From contig SVIP01000002.1 of NCBI GenBank assembly GCA_015069425.1, positions 102,048 to 166,047 on the forward strand: a stretch of DNA of 64,000 bases, in the 5' to 3' direction. Shown in pieces: positions 35,684-43,963 of this stretch (position 1 is its first letter; every line of letters begins with the position of its first letter). The stretch comes from Clostridiales bacterium (lineage in GTDB: Bacteria; Bacillota; Clostridia; Christensenellales; Borkfalkiaceae). The position numbers and the translations under genes were made by a program. Under the pieces are notes generated by a model. That model made no database searches. It was given only the letters and a program-made list of their open reading frames with translations, and was not told the origin of the DNA.

Positions 35684-38311
35684 TTATGCTCTAGGATTCT
35701 TAAGTTGAGCTTGAGCAGCAGCAAGTCTTGCGATAGGTACACGGAAAGGTGAACAAGAAACGTATGAAAGACCTATCTTGTGACAGAATTCGATAGATGC
35801 AGGGTCACCACCGTGTTCACCACAAATACCGCAATGCATATCGCCACGAACTCCTCTACCAAGTTTTACAGCCATATCCATAAGTTTACCTACGCCGTTT
35901 TGGTCGATTTTTGCGAACGGATCGTTTTCAAAAATCTTTGTGTCATAATATGCGCTGAGGAACTTACCAGCATCGTCACGAGAGAAACCGTATGTCATTT
36001 GGGTAAGGTCGTTAGTACCAAAACAGAAGAATTCTGCTTCTTTTGCAATTTCGTCAGCAGTAATACATGCTCTTGGAATTTCAATCATAGTACCAACTTC
36101 GTACTTTAAGTCTGACTTAGCGTTTGCAATTTCTTCATCTGCAGTTGCAACTACAATTTGTTTAACGTACTTAAGTTCTTTTGCTTCGCCAATTAACGGA
36201 ATCATGATTTCAGGAACTACGTTCCAACCGTTCTTTTTGTTAACATTAATTGCCGCACGGATAACCGCTCTAGTTTGCATTTTTGCAATTTCAGGATAGG
36301 TTACTGATAAACGACAACCACGATGTCCCATCATTGGGTTAGATTCGTGAAGTGCTGAAATGATTGCCTTAATTTGAGCAACGCTCTTGCCTTGCGCTTT
36401 AGCGAGAACTTCTATGTCGTATTCAGATACAGGAACGAATTCATGTAGTGGAGGATCTAAGAAACGGATGGTAACGGGGTTACCTTCTAAAGCCTCGTAA
36501 AGTTTTTCAAAGTCACCTTGTTGCATAGGAAGAATCTTTTCAAGAGCAGCTTCTCTTGCTTCAACCGTATCAGAACAAATCATTTCACGGAAAGCATCGA
36601 TTCTGTTACCCTCGAAGAACATATGCTCAGTACGGCAAAGACCGATACCTTCTGCACCGAGTTCACGAGCCTTAGCAGCGTCCTTAGGTGTATCCGCATT
36701 GGTACGAACACCGAGCACACGGTATTTATCAGCCCAAGCCATAATTCTACCAAAATCACCTGAAATGGTTGCATCTACTGTAGGAATTGCACCGTCGTAA
36801 ATGTTACCTGTTGAACCGTCGATAGAAATTACGTCGCCTTCCTTGTAGGTTTTACCAGCAAGGTCGAAAGTTTTATTTTCTTCATCGAAGTTTGTGATTG
36901 CAGAGCAACCAGAAACACAACAAGTACCCATACCACGAGCAACAACGGCTGCGTGTGAGGTCATACCGCCACGAGCGGTCAAAATACCTTGTGATGCTTT
37001 CATACCTTCGATATCTTCTGGAGAAGTTTCAAGACGAACTAAAACAACTTTTTCGCCTCTTTCTTTCCATTCTTTTGCGTCTTCTGCGGTAAATACGATT
37101 TTACCACAAGCAGCACCAGGAGATGCGCCAAGCGCTCTAGCAGCAGGTTTTGCACTCTTGATTGCTTTTGCGTCGAATTGTGGGTGTAAAAGAGTGTCAA
37201 GGTTTCTTGGGTCTATCATTAATACTGCTTGCTTTTCATCAATCATACCCTCGTCAACTAAATCACACGCAATTTTTAACGCTGCAGCAGCCGTTCTCTT
37301 ACCATTTCTGGTTTGGAGCATATAGAGTTTGCCGTGTTCAACGGTAAATTCCATATCTTGCATATCTCTATAGTGATCTTCAAGAATTTTACATACTTGT
37401 TCAAATTGCTTATATGCTTCTGGGAATTTTTCTGCCATTTGTGCGATAGGCATTGGTGTACGAACACCAGCAACAACGTCTTCACCTTGTGCGTTTGTTA
37501 AGAATTCACCCATAAGTTTCTTTTCACCAGTAGCAGGGTCACGGGTAAACGCAACACCAGTACCACAATCGTCGCCCATGTTACCAAAAGCCATTGCTTG
37601 AACGTTAACTGCCGTACCCCAGCTATATGGGATATCGTTGTCACGACGGTATACGTTCGCACGGGGGTTGTCCCATGAACGGAATACTGCCTTAACCGCA
37701 CCGATAAGTTGTTCTTTCGGGTCTGACGGGAAGTCACTACCGATTTTTTCTTTATATTCTGCTTTGAATTGATTTGCAAGTTCTTTAAGGTCTTCAGCGG
37801 TAAGTTCAACGTCAAGTTTAACGCCCTTTTCTTCTTTCATTTTATCAATGAGTTGTTCAAAGTATTTCTTACCAACTTCCATAACTACGTCTGAATACAT
37901 TTGAATAAATCTTCTGTAACAGTCGTAAGCCCATCTAGCATTACCACTCTTTTCAGCAATAGTTTCAACAACTTGTTCATTTAAGCCAAGGTTTAAGATA
38001 GTATCCATCATACCAGGCATAGACGCTCTTGCGCCAGAACGAACTGATACGAGCAATGGATTTTCTAAATCACCGAATTTCTTGCCGGTAATTTCTTCCA
38101 TTTTTACAATGTTTTCCATAATTTCTGCCATTATAGAATCATTGATTTGCTTACCATCTTCATAATACTTTGTGCAAGCTTCAGTACTGATAGTAAAGCC
38201 TTGTGGAACTGGGAGACCGATTTTGGTCATTTCCGCAAGGTTTGCACCCTTACCACCGAGAAGTTCACGCATTGAAGCATCGCCTTCGCTAAATAAATAA
38301 ACATACTTCAT
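35684..38311 (-). CDS. ppdK: Pyruvate, phosphate dikinase
   Basis: 875 aa. GGKGANLAEM, catalytic GGMTSHAAVVARG, and a PEP-utilising C-terminal domain. GC-richer codon usage typical of a highly expressed gene. Confidence 0.95.
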   Translation of the reverse strand: MKYVYLFSEGDASMRELLGGKGANLAEMTKIGLPVPQGFTISTEACTKYYEDGKQINDSIMAEIMENIVKMEEITGKKFGDLENPLLVSVRSGARASMPGMMDTILNLGLNEQVVETIAEKSGNARWAYDCYRRFIQMYSDVVMEVGKKYFEQLIDKMKEEKGVKLDVELTAEDLKELANQFKAEYKEKIGSDFPSDPKEQLIGAVKAVFRSWDNPRANVYRRDNDIPYSWGTAVNVQAMAFGNMGDDCGTGVAFTRDPATGEKKLMGEFLTNAQGEDVVAGVRTPMPIAQMAEKFPEAYKQFEQVCKILEDHYRDMQDMEFTVEHGKLYMLQTRNGKRTAAAALKIACDLVDEGMIDEKQAVLMIDPRNLDTLLHPQFDAKAIKSAKPAARALGASPGAACGKIVFTAEDAKEWKERGEKVVLVRLETSPEDIEGMKASQGILTARGGMTSHAAVVARGMGTCCVSGCSAITNFDEENKTFDLAGKTYKEGDVISIDGSTGNIYDGAIPTVDATISGDFGRIMAWADKYRVLGVRTNADTPKDAAKARELGAEGIGLCRTEHMFFEGNRIDAFREMICSDTVEAREAALEKILPMQQGDFEKLYEALEGNPVTIRFLDPPLHEFVPVSEYDIEVLAKAQGKSVAQIKAIISALHESNPMMGHRGCRLSVTYPEIAKMQTRAVIRAAINVNKKNGWNVVPEIMIPLIGEAKELKYVKQIVVATADEEIANAKSDLKYEVGTMIEIPRACITADEIAKEAEFFCFGTNDLTQMTYGFSRDDAGKFLSAYYDTKIFENDPFAKIDQNGVGKLMDMAVKLGRGVRGDMHCGICGEHGGDPASIEFCHKIGLSYVSCSPFRVPIARLAAAQAQLKNPRA

Positions 38312-38374
38312 TTATATCTTTCCTCCAAATAGTTTTATAAATTAAATTTTTGTCTTTTTACCTATGACCTATTT

Positions 38375-38403
38375 ATTTTACTACAAACTGAAAAATTTTT
38401 CAA
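38375..38403 (-). promoter_or_regulatory. Sigma-A promoter of ppdK (TTGAAA, 17 nt, TAAAAT)
   Basis: Minus-strand hexamers at 38403-38398 and 38380-38375. Confidence 0.55.
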
Positions 38404-38437
38404 CAGATATTAAGTGCTTTTTTAATTAAATATAACG

Positions 38438-39157
38438 CTATGCGCAAATTTTTATCAATTCTTTAAGCGATATTATACTTTCTTCAGCCTTGTTTTCAAT
38501 ATAGTAATCCAAAAGTCTTAGTGCTTTGTCTACCCCTTGTCCATCAACTATTAGTTCTTTTTCTTTAATATTTTTAATGGTTTGATAGGTTATAAAGTTA
38601 ATCTCACGCCCCACACCGTCAAAACAATCCTCACAAAAAAACGCACCACGGCGATAATCAAAGTAAACTCTGTCTGTTATTTCTCCCGCACAACCGTAAC
38701 AGCACTTTTCAGTAAGTGCATACCCTGCGGTTTCTAACGCCAATACCAAAAATTTTGCAAGCGCTTCTTTAGGATTTCTTTCTCCATACGCTATTTCTTT
38801 AAGTGCGTTTGCGCACTCTATAAAGGTTTCTGCAGAAATTATATCTTCACGATAAAACTTTTTGACAAATTCCACCACTGCCCCTGCACAAAAATATTTT
38901 ACAACGTCCTCTCTTATCGGGTAAAAGCTGTCAATTAAACTTGCCCCAATTACCGTATTAAAATTACCTTTTTTAGATATTATGTATTCTACAAAACAAA
39001 AAGGCTCTGACGCAAACTTTAATTTTGCGCCCGCCTTTTTAACCCCTTTTATTTTAGCGGAAACAACACCCCTCTCAAGGGTGAAAATACTTAGTATTTT
39101 GTCGTTTTCTGAAAAGGGCACGCCCCCTAAAACGATTCCACTTAATTTTTCTTCCAT
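38438..39157 (-). CDS. recO: DNA repair protein RecO
   Basis: 239 aa. OB-fold N-terminus and CxxC...CxxC zinc motif (CCYGCAG...CEDC). Synteny era-yqzL-recO. Confidence 0.85.
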   Translation of the reverse strand: MEEKLSGIVLGGVPFSENDKILSIFTLERGVVSAKIKGVKKAGAKLKFASEPFCFVEYIISKKGNFNTVIGASLIDSFYPIREDVVKYFCAGAVVEFVKKFYREDIISAETFIECANALKEIAYGERNPKEALAKFLVLALETAGYALTEKCCYGCAGEITDRVYFDYRRGAFFCEDCFDGVGREINFITYQTIKNIKEKELIVDGQGVDKALRLLDYYIENKAEESIISLKELIKICA

Positions 39158-39160
39158 TTT

Positions 39161-39277
39161 TTAATCCTCGCCATTTAAGCGTTTATATAAAAGATAATAT
39201 GAAACGTTACCGGTTTTTTCAAACATTTCCCACGCAGAGTCAGCAGTATTTTTGGTCTGGTTCTTCTTTTTTTCCAT
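39161..39277 (-). CDS. yqzL: YqzL-family small protein (38 aa)
   Basis: Hand-translated MEKKKNQTKNTADSAWEMFEKTGNVSYYLLYKRLNGED. RBS GGGGGGAG. WxxFxxTGxxxxYLLYK resembles YqzL, which sits between era and recO in Bacillus. Below the ORF-track size cutoff. Confidence 0.6.
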   Translation of the reverse strand: MEKKKNQTKNTADSAWEMFEKTGNVSYYLLYKRLNGED

Positions 39278-39333
39278 ACTCCCCCCCTTTAGAGTAGTAT
39301 GCTTAATTTTCTATATTTAATACTCCATTATTT

Positions 39334-39585
39334 AATACGAGTATTTATCGTGAAACATATGTATCGAGTTAAGGCAATACGAGTATTTCTCGTGAAAAAT
39401 ACATATCAATCTAAAATAATACAAGTATTTCTCGTGAAACATACATATCAATCTAAAATAATACAAGTATTTCTCGTGAAACATACATATCAATCTAAAA
39501 TAATACAAGTATTTCTCGTGAAAAATACATATCAATCTAAAATAATACGAGTATTTCTCGTGCAATACTTGTATCCAACTAAAAA
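39334..39585. repeat. Tandem array, 6 x 42 bp, each unit with overlapping dyad symmetries
   Basis: Units start at 39334, 39376, 39418, 39460, 39502 and 39544. Consensus AATAC(G/A)AGTATTTCTCGTGAAA(A/C)ATACATATCAATCTAAAAT. The 39418 and 39460 units are identical. Confidence 0.9.
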
Positions 39586-39616
39586 ACAGAGATGCGCCTT
39601 AGCAAACCCTCGTGAA

Positions 39617-39714
39617 GAGGGATTAGAAACAAGCAGTTCAAGGCGCGTGAGTATTTCGACGGGACGTGTACTTCTTGTACACAACCCAAGAAACACGGAA
39701 CGCAACGCAGAGAT
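39617..39714 (+). repeat. Structured intergenic element, copy B (tandem partner, 3' arm decayed)
   Basis: About 95% identical to the core of copy C. Period of 121-122 nt marked by CAGAGAT at 39587, 39708 and 39830. Confidence 0.7.
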
Positions 39715-39738
39715 ATACTCTCAACAAACTCTAGTAAA

Positions 39739-39855
39739 GAGGGATTAGAAACGAGCAGTTCAAGGCGTGTAAGTATTTCGACGGGGCGTGTACTTTTTGT
39801 ACACAACCCAAGAAACACGGAACGCAACGCAGAGATATGAAGTTTATAATCCCTC
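39739..39855 (+). repeat. Structured intergenic element, copy C (closing helix includes the era stop codon)
   Basis: GAGGGATTAGAAAC (39739-39752) pairs with GTTTATAATCCCTC (39842-39855), 13/14. Core shared with copies A and B. Confidence 0.7.
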
Positions 39856-40725
39856 GTAACCGTATTGTTTCATTAATTGCGCACTATTCCTCCAATCTTC
39901 TTTAACCTTAACGTATGTAGTTAAAAAGACTTTTTTACCCAAAAACTTTTCCATATCTTGACGGGCGAAAGACGAAACTTCTTTTATGGCTTTACCACCT
40001 TTGCCGATTAAAATTGCTTTGTGGTTTGACTTTTCGCATACAATGTCAAGATTTATTTCGTACGTTCTTCCGCCGTCCATTAGCGCAAATTTATTTATGA
40101 TTATCGCAATGCCGTGCGGAATTTCCTTGTCAAATTTAAGAAGAATTTTTTCACGCATTATCTCTGAAATCATAAACTTTTCCGAACGGTCTGAAACGAT
40201 ATCTTCTTCAAAAAGTTTTCCGCCCTCAGGTAAATGCTTAAGTATAACTTTTATTAATTCTTTGACGTTTTTATTTTTTCTTGCCGATACGGGTACTATG
40301 TCAACATTTTCCTCACCAAGTTCTTTTAGTTCACTGATTAATAAACTCTCCGGCATAATATCCGTTTTGGAAAGTGCCAACACGGTTGGCACGTTTAAGC
40401 TAGAATATTTTTTAAGAAGTTCCCTATCCGTATCGCTTATTCCCTCGTGTGCATCCATTACAAATAATACCGCATCAACGTCCGCAACCGAGTCGTTAGT
40501 TGTTTTTTGCATAACTGAATTTAATAGATTATCCGCCTTATAAATGCCAGGCGTATCAATAAACGCTATTTGATAATCATCAGTTGTAAGAACTCCTAAA
40601 ATCCTATCTCTAGTAGTTTGAGGCTTTGGCGACACGATGGCTATTTTTTCTCCAACCATAACGTTTATCAAGGTGCTTTTTCCTGCATTTGCCCTACCCA
40701 CTACGGCAACAAATCCGCTTTTCAT
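39844..40725 (-). CDS. era: GTPase Era
   Basis: 293 aa. GRANAGKST, DTPG and SKTD motifs plus a C-terminal KH domain. Confidence 0.95.
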   Translation of the reverse strand: MKSGFVAVVGRANAGKSTLINVMVGEKIAIVSPKPQTTRDRILGVLTTDDYQIAFIDTPGIYKADNLLNSVMQKTTNDSVADVDAVLFVMDAHEGISDTDRELLKKYSSLNVPTVLALSKTDIMPESLLISELKELGEENVDIVPVSARKNKNVKELIKVILKHLPEGGKLFEEDIVSDRSEKFMISEIMREKILLKFDKEIPHGIAIIINKFALMDGGRTYEINLDIVCEKSNHKAILIGKGGKAIKEVSSFARQDMEKFLGKKVFLTTYVKVKEDWRNSAQLMKQYGYEGL

Positions 40726-41195
40726 TCGTCTTTTACTCCCTTATAAAGAAACAAAACGGCTTTTTCCATATCGCGCATTTCTTTTTTATCACTTTCATTC
40801 ATGTGGTCGTAACCAAATAGGTGCAATAGGCCATGAATAATTAAATAATCCCTTTCGTCCTCTTCACTATGCCCAAATTCCTCGGCTTGCGCACGAATTT
40901 TTTCCTCGCACAAAACTATTGACCCTAAAAAGATATATTTACCCTCAAGCTCTGTTGGGCAATCGTCTGGAACTAAAATTTTTCTCTTTATTCCGTCTAA
41001 ACTAGGATAAGACAAAACATCGGTCATACTGTCCACACCACGAGTGGTACGGTTAAGGGTTGTCATACCATCACCGTCTTTAAATACCAATTCTACTTTT
41101 AAATACGCAGTTTGTCCAAGCGTTTTATAAACGGCTCTCGCAAGTTTTCTGAGCTTTATTTTTTTATCAAAACATTCAATCTTTAATTTTCCCAT
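40722..41195 (-). CDS. ybeY: rRNA maturation endoribonuclease YbeY
   Basis: 157 aa with the HGLLHLFGYDH zinc motif. Confidence 0.9.
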   Translation of the reverse strand: MGKLKIECFDKKIKLRKLARAVYKTLGQTAYLKVELVFKDGDGMTTLNRTTRGVDSMTDVLSYPSLDGIKRKILVPDDCPTELEGKYIFLGSIVLCEEKIRAQAEEFGHSEEDERDYLIIHGLLHLFGYDHMNESDKKEMRDMEKAVLFLYKGVKDE

Positions 41196-41207
41196 AACTT
41201 CCTCTTT

Positions 41208-42674
41208 TTATTGTAATTCTATTCCGTCAAGATTTACTTTCGGATATTCTACTCGGCTGTGATATATACCCGTCAAATTATTTACTACAGTGTGAATAAT
41301 TATGTTAAGTTCTTTTAAGGTAATCTCGCAATCTTCAAACTGTCCCAATTCCATTCTTTCGTTTACTATTTTTCTAACCACTTGTTTAACGTTTTCTCTA
41401 GAACGGTCTTGAAGTGACCTTGCCGCTGCTTCGCACCCGTCGGCTATCATAATGATTGCGGCAATCTTTGTTTGTGGCTTAGGCCCAGCATAACAATATT
41501 GAGCGATATCTACTTCACCGTCAGTAAATTTTTGCGCTTTCCCATAAAAATATAAAATAGGTAAAGTGCCGTGATGCTCTCTACAAGCGTCGGCTATTTC
41601 TTTGGGCAAACGGTTTTTCTTTATTAAATTGTATCCGTCTTGAGTATGTGATTTTATAATATTTGCAGATAATTCTGGGGTTAAATCGTCGTGTGGGTTA
41701 ATACCGTCCGCTTGGTTTTCTTTAAAAAATTCTGGACGACGAAGTTTACCCACGTCATGATAATAAGCACACGTTCTTGCAAGCAAAGCGTCCTCGTTAA
41801 TGGCGATTGCGCACGCTTCTGCAATGTTAGAAACAACTATTGCGTGATTAAACGTTCCAGGCGCAATAGTTATCATTTTCCTAATAAGTTTTGCCTTGTG
41901 GTCGGTTAGTTCTGCTAATTTAAACTTAGAAACCTTTGTAAACATAGTTTCAAAAATAGGCAAAAGTATTATAAACGCTGACACGGTAAATGGTCCTGAA
42001 CACGCACTGAAGATTAAATCGGTCAGCCAACCAGAATTTGAAGTATTAATTAACATCATTCCAACGCAAATTACGGCTGGAACAGATAACAACAAACTCA
42101 TAAAAAGCAGTTTTATTCTTGAATATACGTTTTCTAAAATAAACACCGTCAAAATGCTTGACGCAAAGCCCATTAGCATTACGGGATATTCGCCTATAGT
42201 TATCTCCGCACTTCCAAGCGAGTCGAACAAGAAAGTCAATAAACAGTATATCATACTGATAAATACTGCTTTTTTCTTATCTGTCAAAAATAACGTTAGC
42301 AAGGTTGCAAGTGCAAGTGGACGAACGTAAAAGTTTAGATAGTTTCCACTAACGTGACAAATCAAAAGCGATATCTCTATAATTAAAAAAATCATTTCAG
42401 AATTGACAGGGTTTTTAAGAAAATCTCTATCCTCAAAGAAAAAGTACCCTGCCATTAACGCAACCAACAGTACCAACAATATAAAGAAATGAATAAAGTT
42501 TGACGAATCAGTTAACCAAGATTCATACTTCATTCCGCTAGATATTGAGTTAATGTATATTGCACCGATAAATAAAAACAGTATAAATATTAGATTAAGC
42601 ACGTATACGACAGCGTTTAACACTATGTCTTTAGTTACCCAAGGCAATATTTTTTTTGATTTTTGTTTCTTCAT
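41208..42674 (-). CDS. pgpH: 7TM-HD phosphohydrolase (PgpH/YqfF-like), short form
   Basis: 488 aa. The N-terminal half is multi-TM. The C-terminal HD domain carries HAIVVSN...YYHDVGK. Synteny with ybeY and era. Confidence 0.75.
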   Translation of the reverse strand: MKKQKSKKILPWVTKDIVLNAVVYVLNLIFILFLFIGAIYINSISSGMKYESWLTDSSNFIHFFILLVLLVALMAGYFFFEDRDFLKNPVNSEMIFLIIEISLLICHVSGNYLNFYVRPLALATLLTLFLTDKKKAVFISMIYCLLTFLFDSLGSAEITIGEYPVMLMGFASSILTVFILENVYSRIKLLFMSLLLSVPAVICVGMMLINTSNSGWLTDLIFSACSGPFTVSAFIILLPIFETMFTKVSKFKLAELTDHKAKLIRKMITIAPGTFNHAIVVSNIAEACAIAINEDALLARTCAYYHDVGKLRRPEFFKENQADGINPHDDLTPELSANIIKSHTQDGYNLIKKNRLPKEIADACREHHGTLPILYFYGKAQKFTDGEVDIAQYCYAGPKPQTKIAAIIMIADGCEAAARSLQDRSRENVKQVVRKIVNERMELGQFEDCEITLKELNIIIHTVVNNLTGIYHSRVEYPKVNLDGIELQ

Positions 42675-42702
42675 AATTTATCCCTTCTTTTATCTTCAAA
42701 AC

Positions 42703-43656
42703 TTATCCTGCTATTAAAATATGCTTATATCGTACGGAAACGGTGTATATATACTCTCCGTTTTCTTCTTTTACCGTCACCGAATAATCAATCGGCTGTT
42801 TATCGAAATAGAGTGCCTCCGCCAAAAGAGTTGCCTTTTCCTCTTCCCCTTTATCTTTAGAGCGGTAAACAAATTGTTCGCTACAAACAAGAGTAACAGA
42901 CGCCAAAACGTTTATTTTAACGGTCTGTTCTTTAATAGTGGCGTACCCGTCCACTAAAAGTTCACCGACTTTAACTTCTTTACCAACTTCTACGGTTGCC
43001 GTTCCCCTATAAACCTTAACGCTTTCAACAACGCCCTCTTTATCTGAATAAAGTGCGGTTACGTTTCCGTTTAGTGTTTTTACCGAATCGGTTGAAAGCG
43101 CCGATTCAATTATTAAGCGGTTGCCACGTTTTTTAACCGACACGAACGACAAATGCTCGTTGCACGACAAGATGCCGTCTTCTAACTCTTCAATGTCGAT
43201 TTGTGAAAATCTAGAAAACTCGCTTATCCCTTGCGAATAAAGATAGTCTTTTATCTCGTGTTTAACTACACTCCCCGTACCTGTAAACTCAAAGGAAAAG
43301 AGGTAGTCACTAAAAAACGTTACGATTAAAACGGATAGGAGTACACCTAGAGCAAGCCCCACGTTTCGATAAATAAAAAGTAGCGGATAACCCTTGCCGT
43401 TTTCACCGAGTTTTTTTATATTATAACACAATTCTTTTGCGATTGCAAAAAATTTTTGGTTATCGGTAAACTTTATCGACACAAGCATACGTTTATTGCC
43501 GAATTTTTTAAGATTGTACAGTTCAATTCCCTGTCTTTTTAATGTATTTATGAATTTATCTAAGTTTAATCCCTTAACTTCATAATCAGTATAAACAGAT
43601 TTTAGACACGCTCTAACGATTTTATTTTTCCGCAAACCACTAAGTCTCCTGCACAA
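42703..43656 (-). CDS. yqfD: Sporulation protein YqfD
   Basis: 317 aa. N-terminal region VKGLNLDKFINTLKRQGIELYNL, one central TM. Follows yqfC. The exact start is uncertain (the ORF overlaps yqfC by 55 nt). Confidence 0.7.
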   Translation of the reverse strand: MCRRLSGLRKNKIVRACLKSVYTDYEVKGLNLDKFINTLKRQGIELYNLKKFGNKRMLVSIKFTDNQKFFAIAKELCYNIKKLGENGKGYPLLFIYRNVGLALGVLLSVLIVTFFSDYLFSFEFTGTGSVVKHEIKDYLYSQGISEFSRFSQIDIEELEDGILSCNEHLSFVSVKKRGNRLIIESALSTDSVKTLNGNVTALYSDKEGVVESVKVYRGTATVEVGKEVKVGELLVDGYATIKEQTVKINVLASVTLVCSEQFVYRSKDKGEEEKATLLAEALYFDKQPIDYSVTVKEENGEYIYTVSVRYKHILIAG

Positions 43657-43862
43657 TATTTTTTAACGTATAACCCCTCTCCCCTAATTATTACCCCACC
43701 GTTTTTAACTGAAAGAGCAATTTCCTCTTCTGTATAGTGCGCTATTGATTTGACGCACTCAAAATATCCTGCCGTATCTCCCAATAACACCGCCTTAAAA
43801 TCAGGGGCTTTCAAGAGTTCATTTTCACTAAAACAACTGCACACACTTTCAATAAAATTCAT
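43602..43862 (-). CDS. yqfC: Sporulation protein YqfC
   Basis: Starts at MNFIESV with RBS GGAGGG (the ORF-track start at 43961 is trimmed). 86 aa with the motif pattern LLGDTAGYFE...GEGL. Confidence 0.7.
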   Translation of the reverse strand: MNFIESVCSCFSENELLKAPDFKAVLLGDTAGYFECVKSIAHYTEEEIALSVKNGGVIIRGEGLYVKKYCAGDLVVCGKIKSLERV

Positions 43863-43963
43863 ATTCCCTCCAATGATTATCTTATAAAATATATGCAAAA
43901 AAGGCGGAAAAAAGCACACTGCGATTACGCAGTGTGCTTTAGTTTTGTTATAAATAAGCACTA

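Noticed and set aside
35780-37815. Many 60-145-aa ORFs on both strands inside ppdK; similar nested ORFs lie inside tex, lepA, the Ca2+-ATPase, the EF-G paralogue and the aro genes.
   Set aside because: They are fully nested in long, well-supported genes and lack RBSs. Their compositions are typical of out-of-frame or antisense translation of GC-richer coding DNA.
39334-39585. Possible CRISPR array.
   Set aside because: The units are directly abutting 42-bp repeats with no unique spacers. There are no cas genes or leader in the window.
39299-39827. ORF-track entries 39299..39748 (+, 149 aa), 39332..39565 (-, 77 aa) and 39579..39827 (-, 82 aa).
   Set aside because: Their sequences are periodic translations of the 42-bp array (VFLVKHTYQSKIIQ repeated) and of the tandem structured elements. 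They have no RBS and low-complexity, repeat-driven composition. The region is better explained as non-coding repeats.
43863-43961. N-terminal extension of the yqfC ORF.
   Set aside because: It has no RBS and a hydrophobic, low-complexity translation. GGAGGG precedes MNFIESV, giving the expected ~86-aa YqfC.
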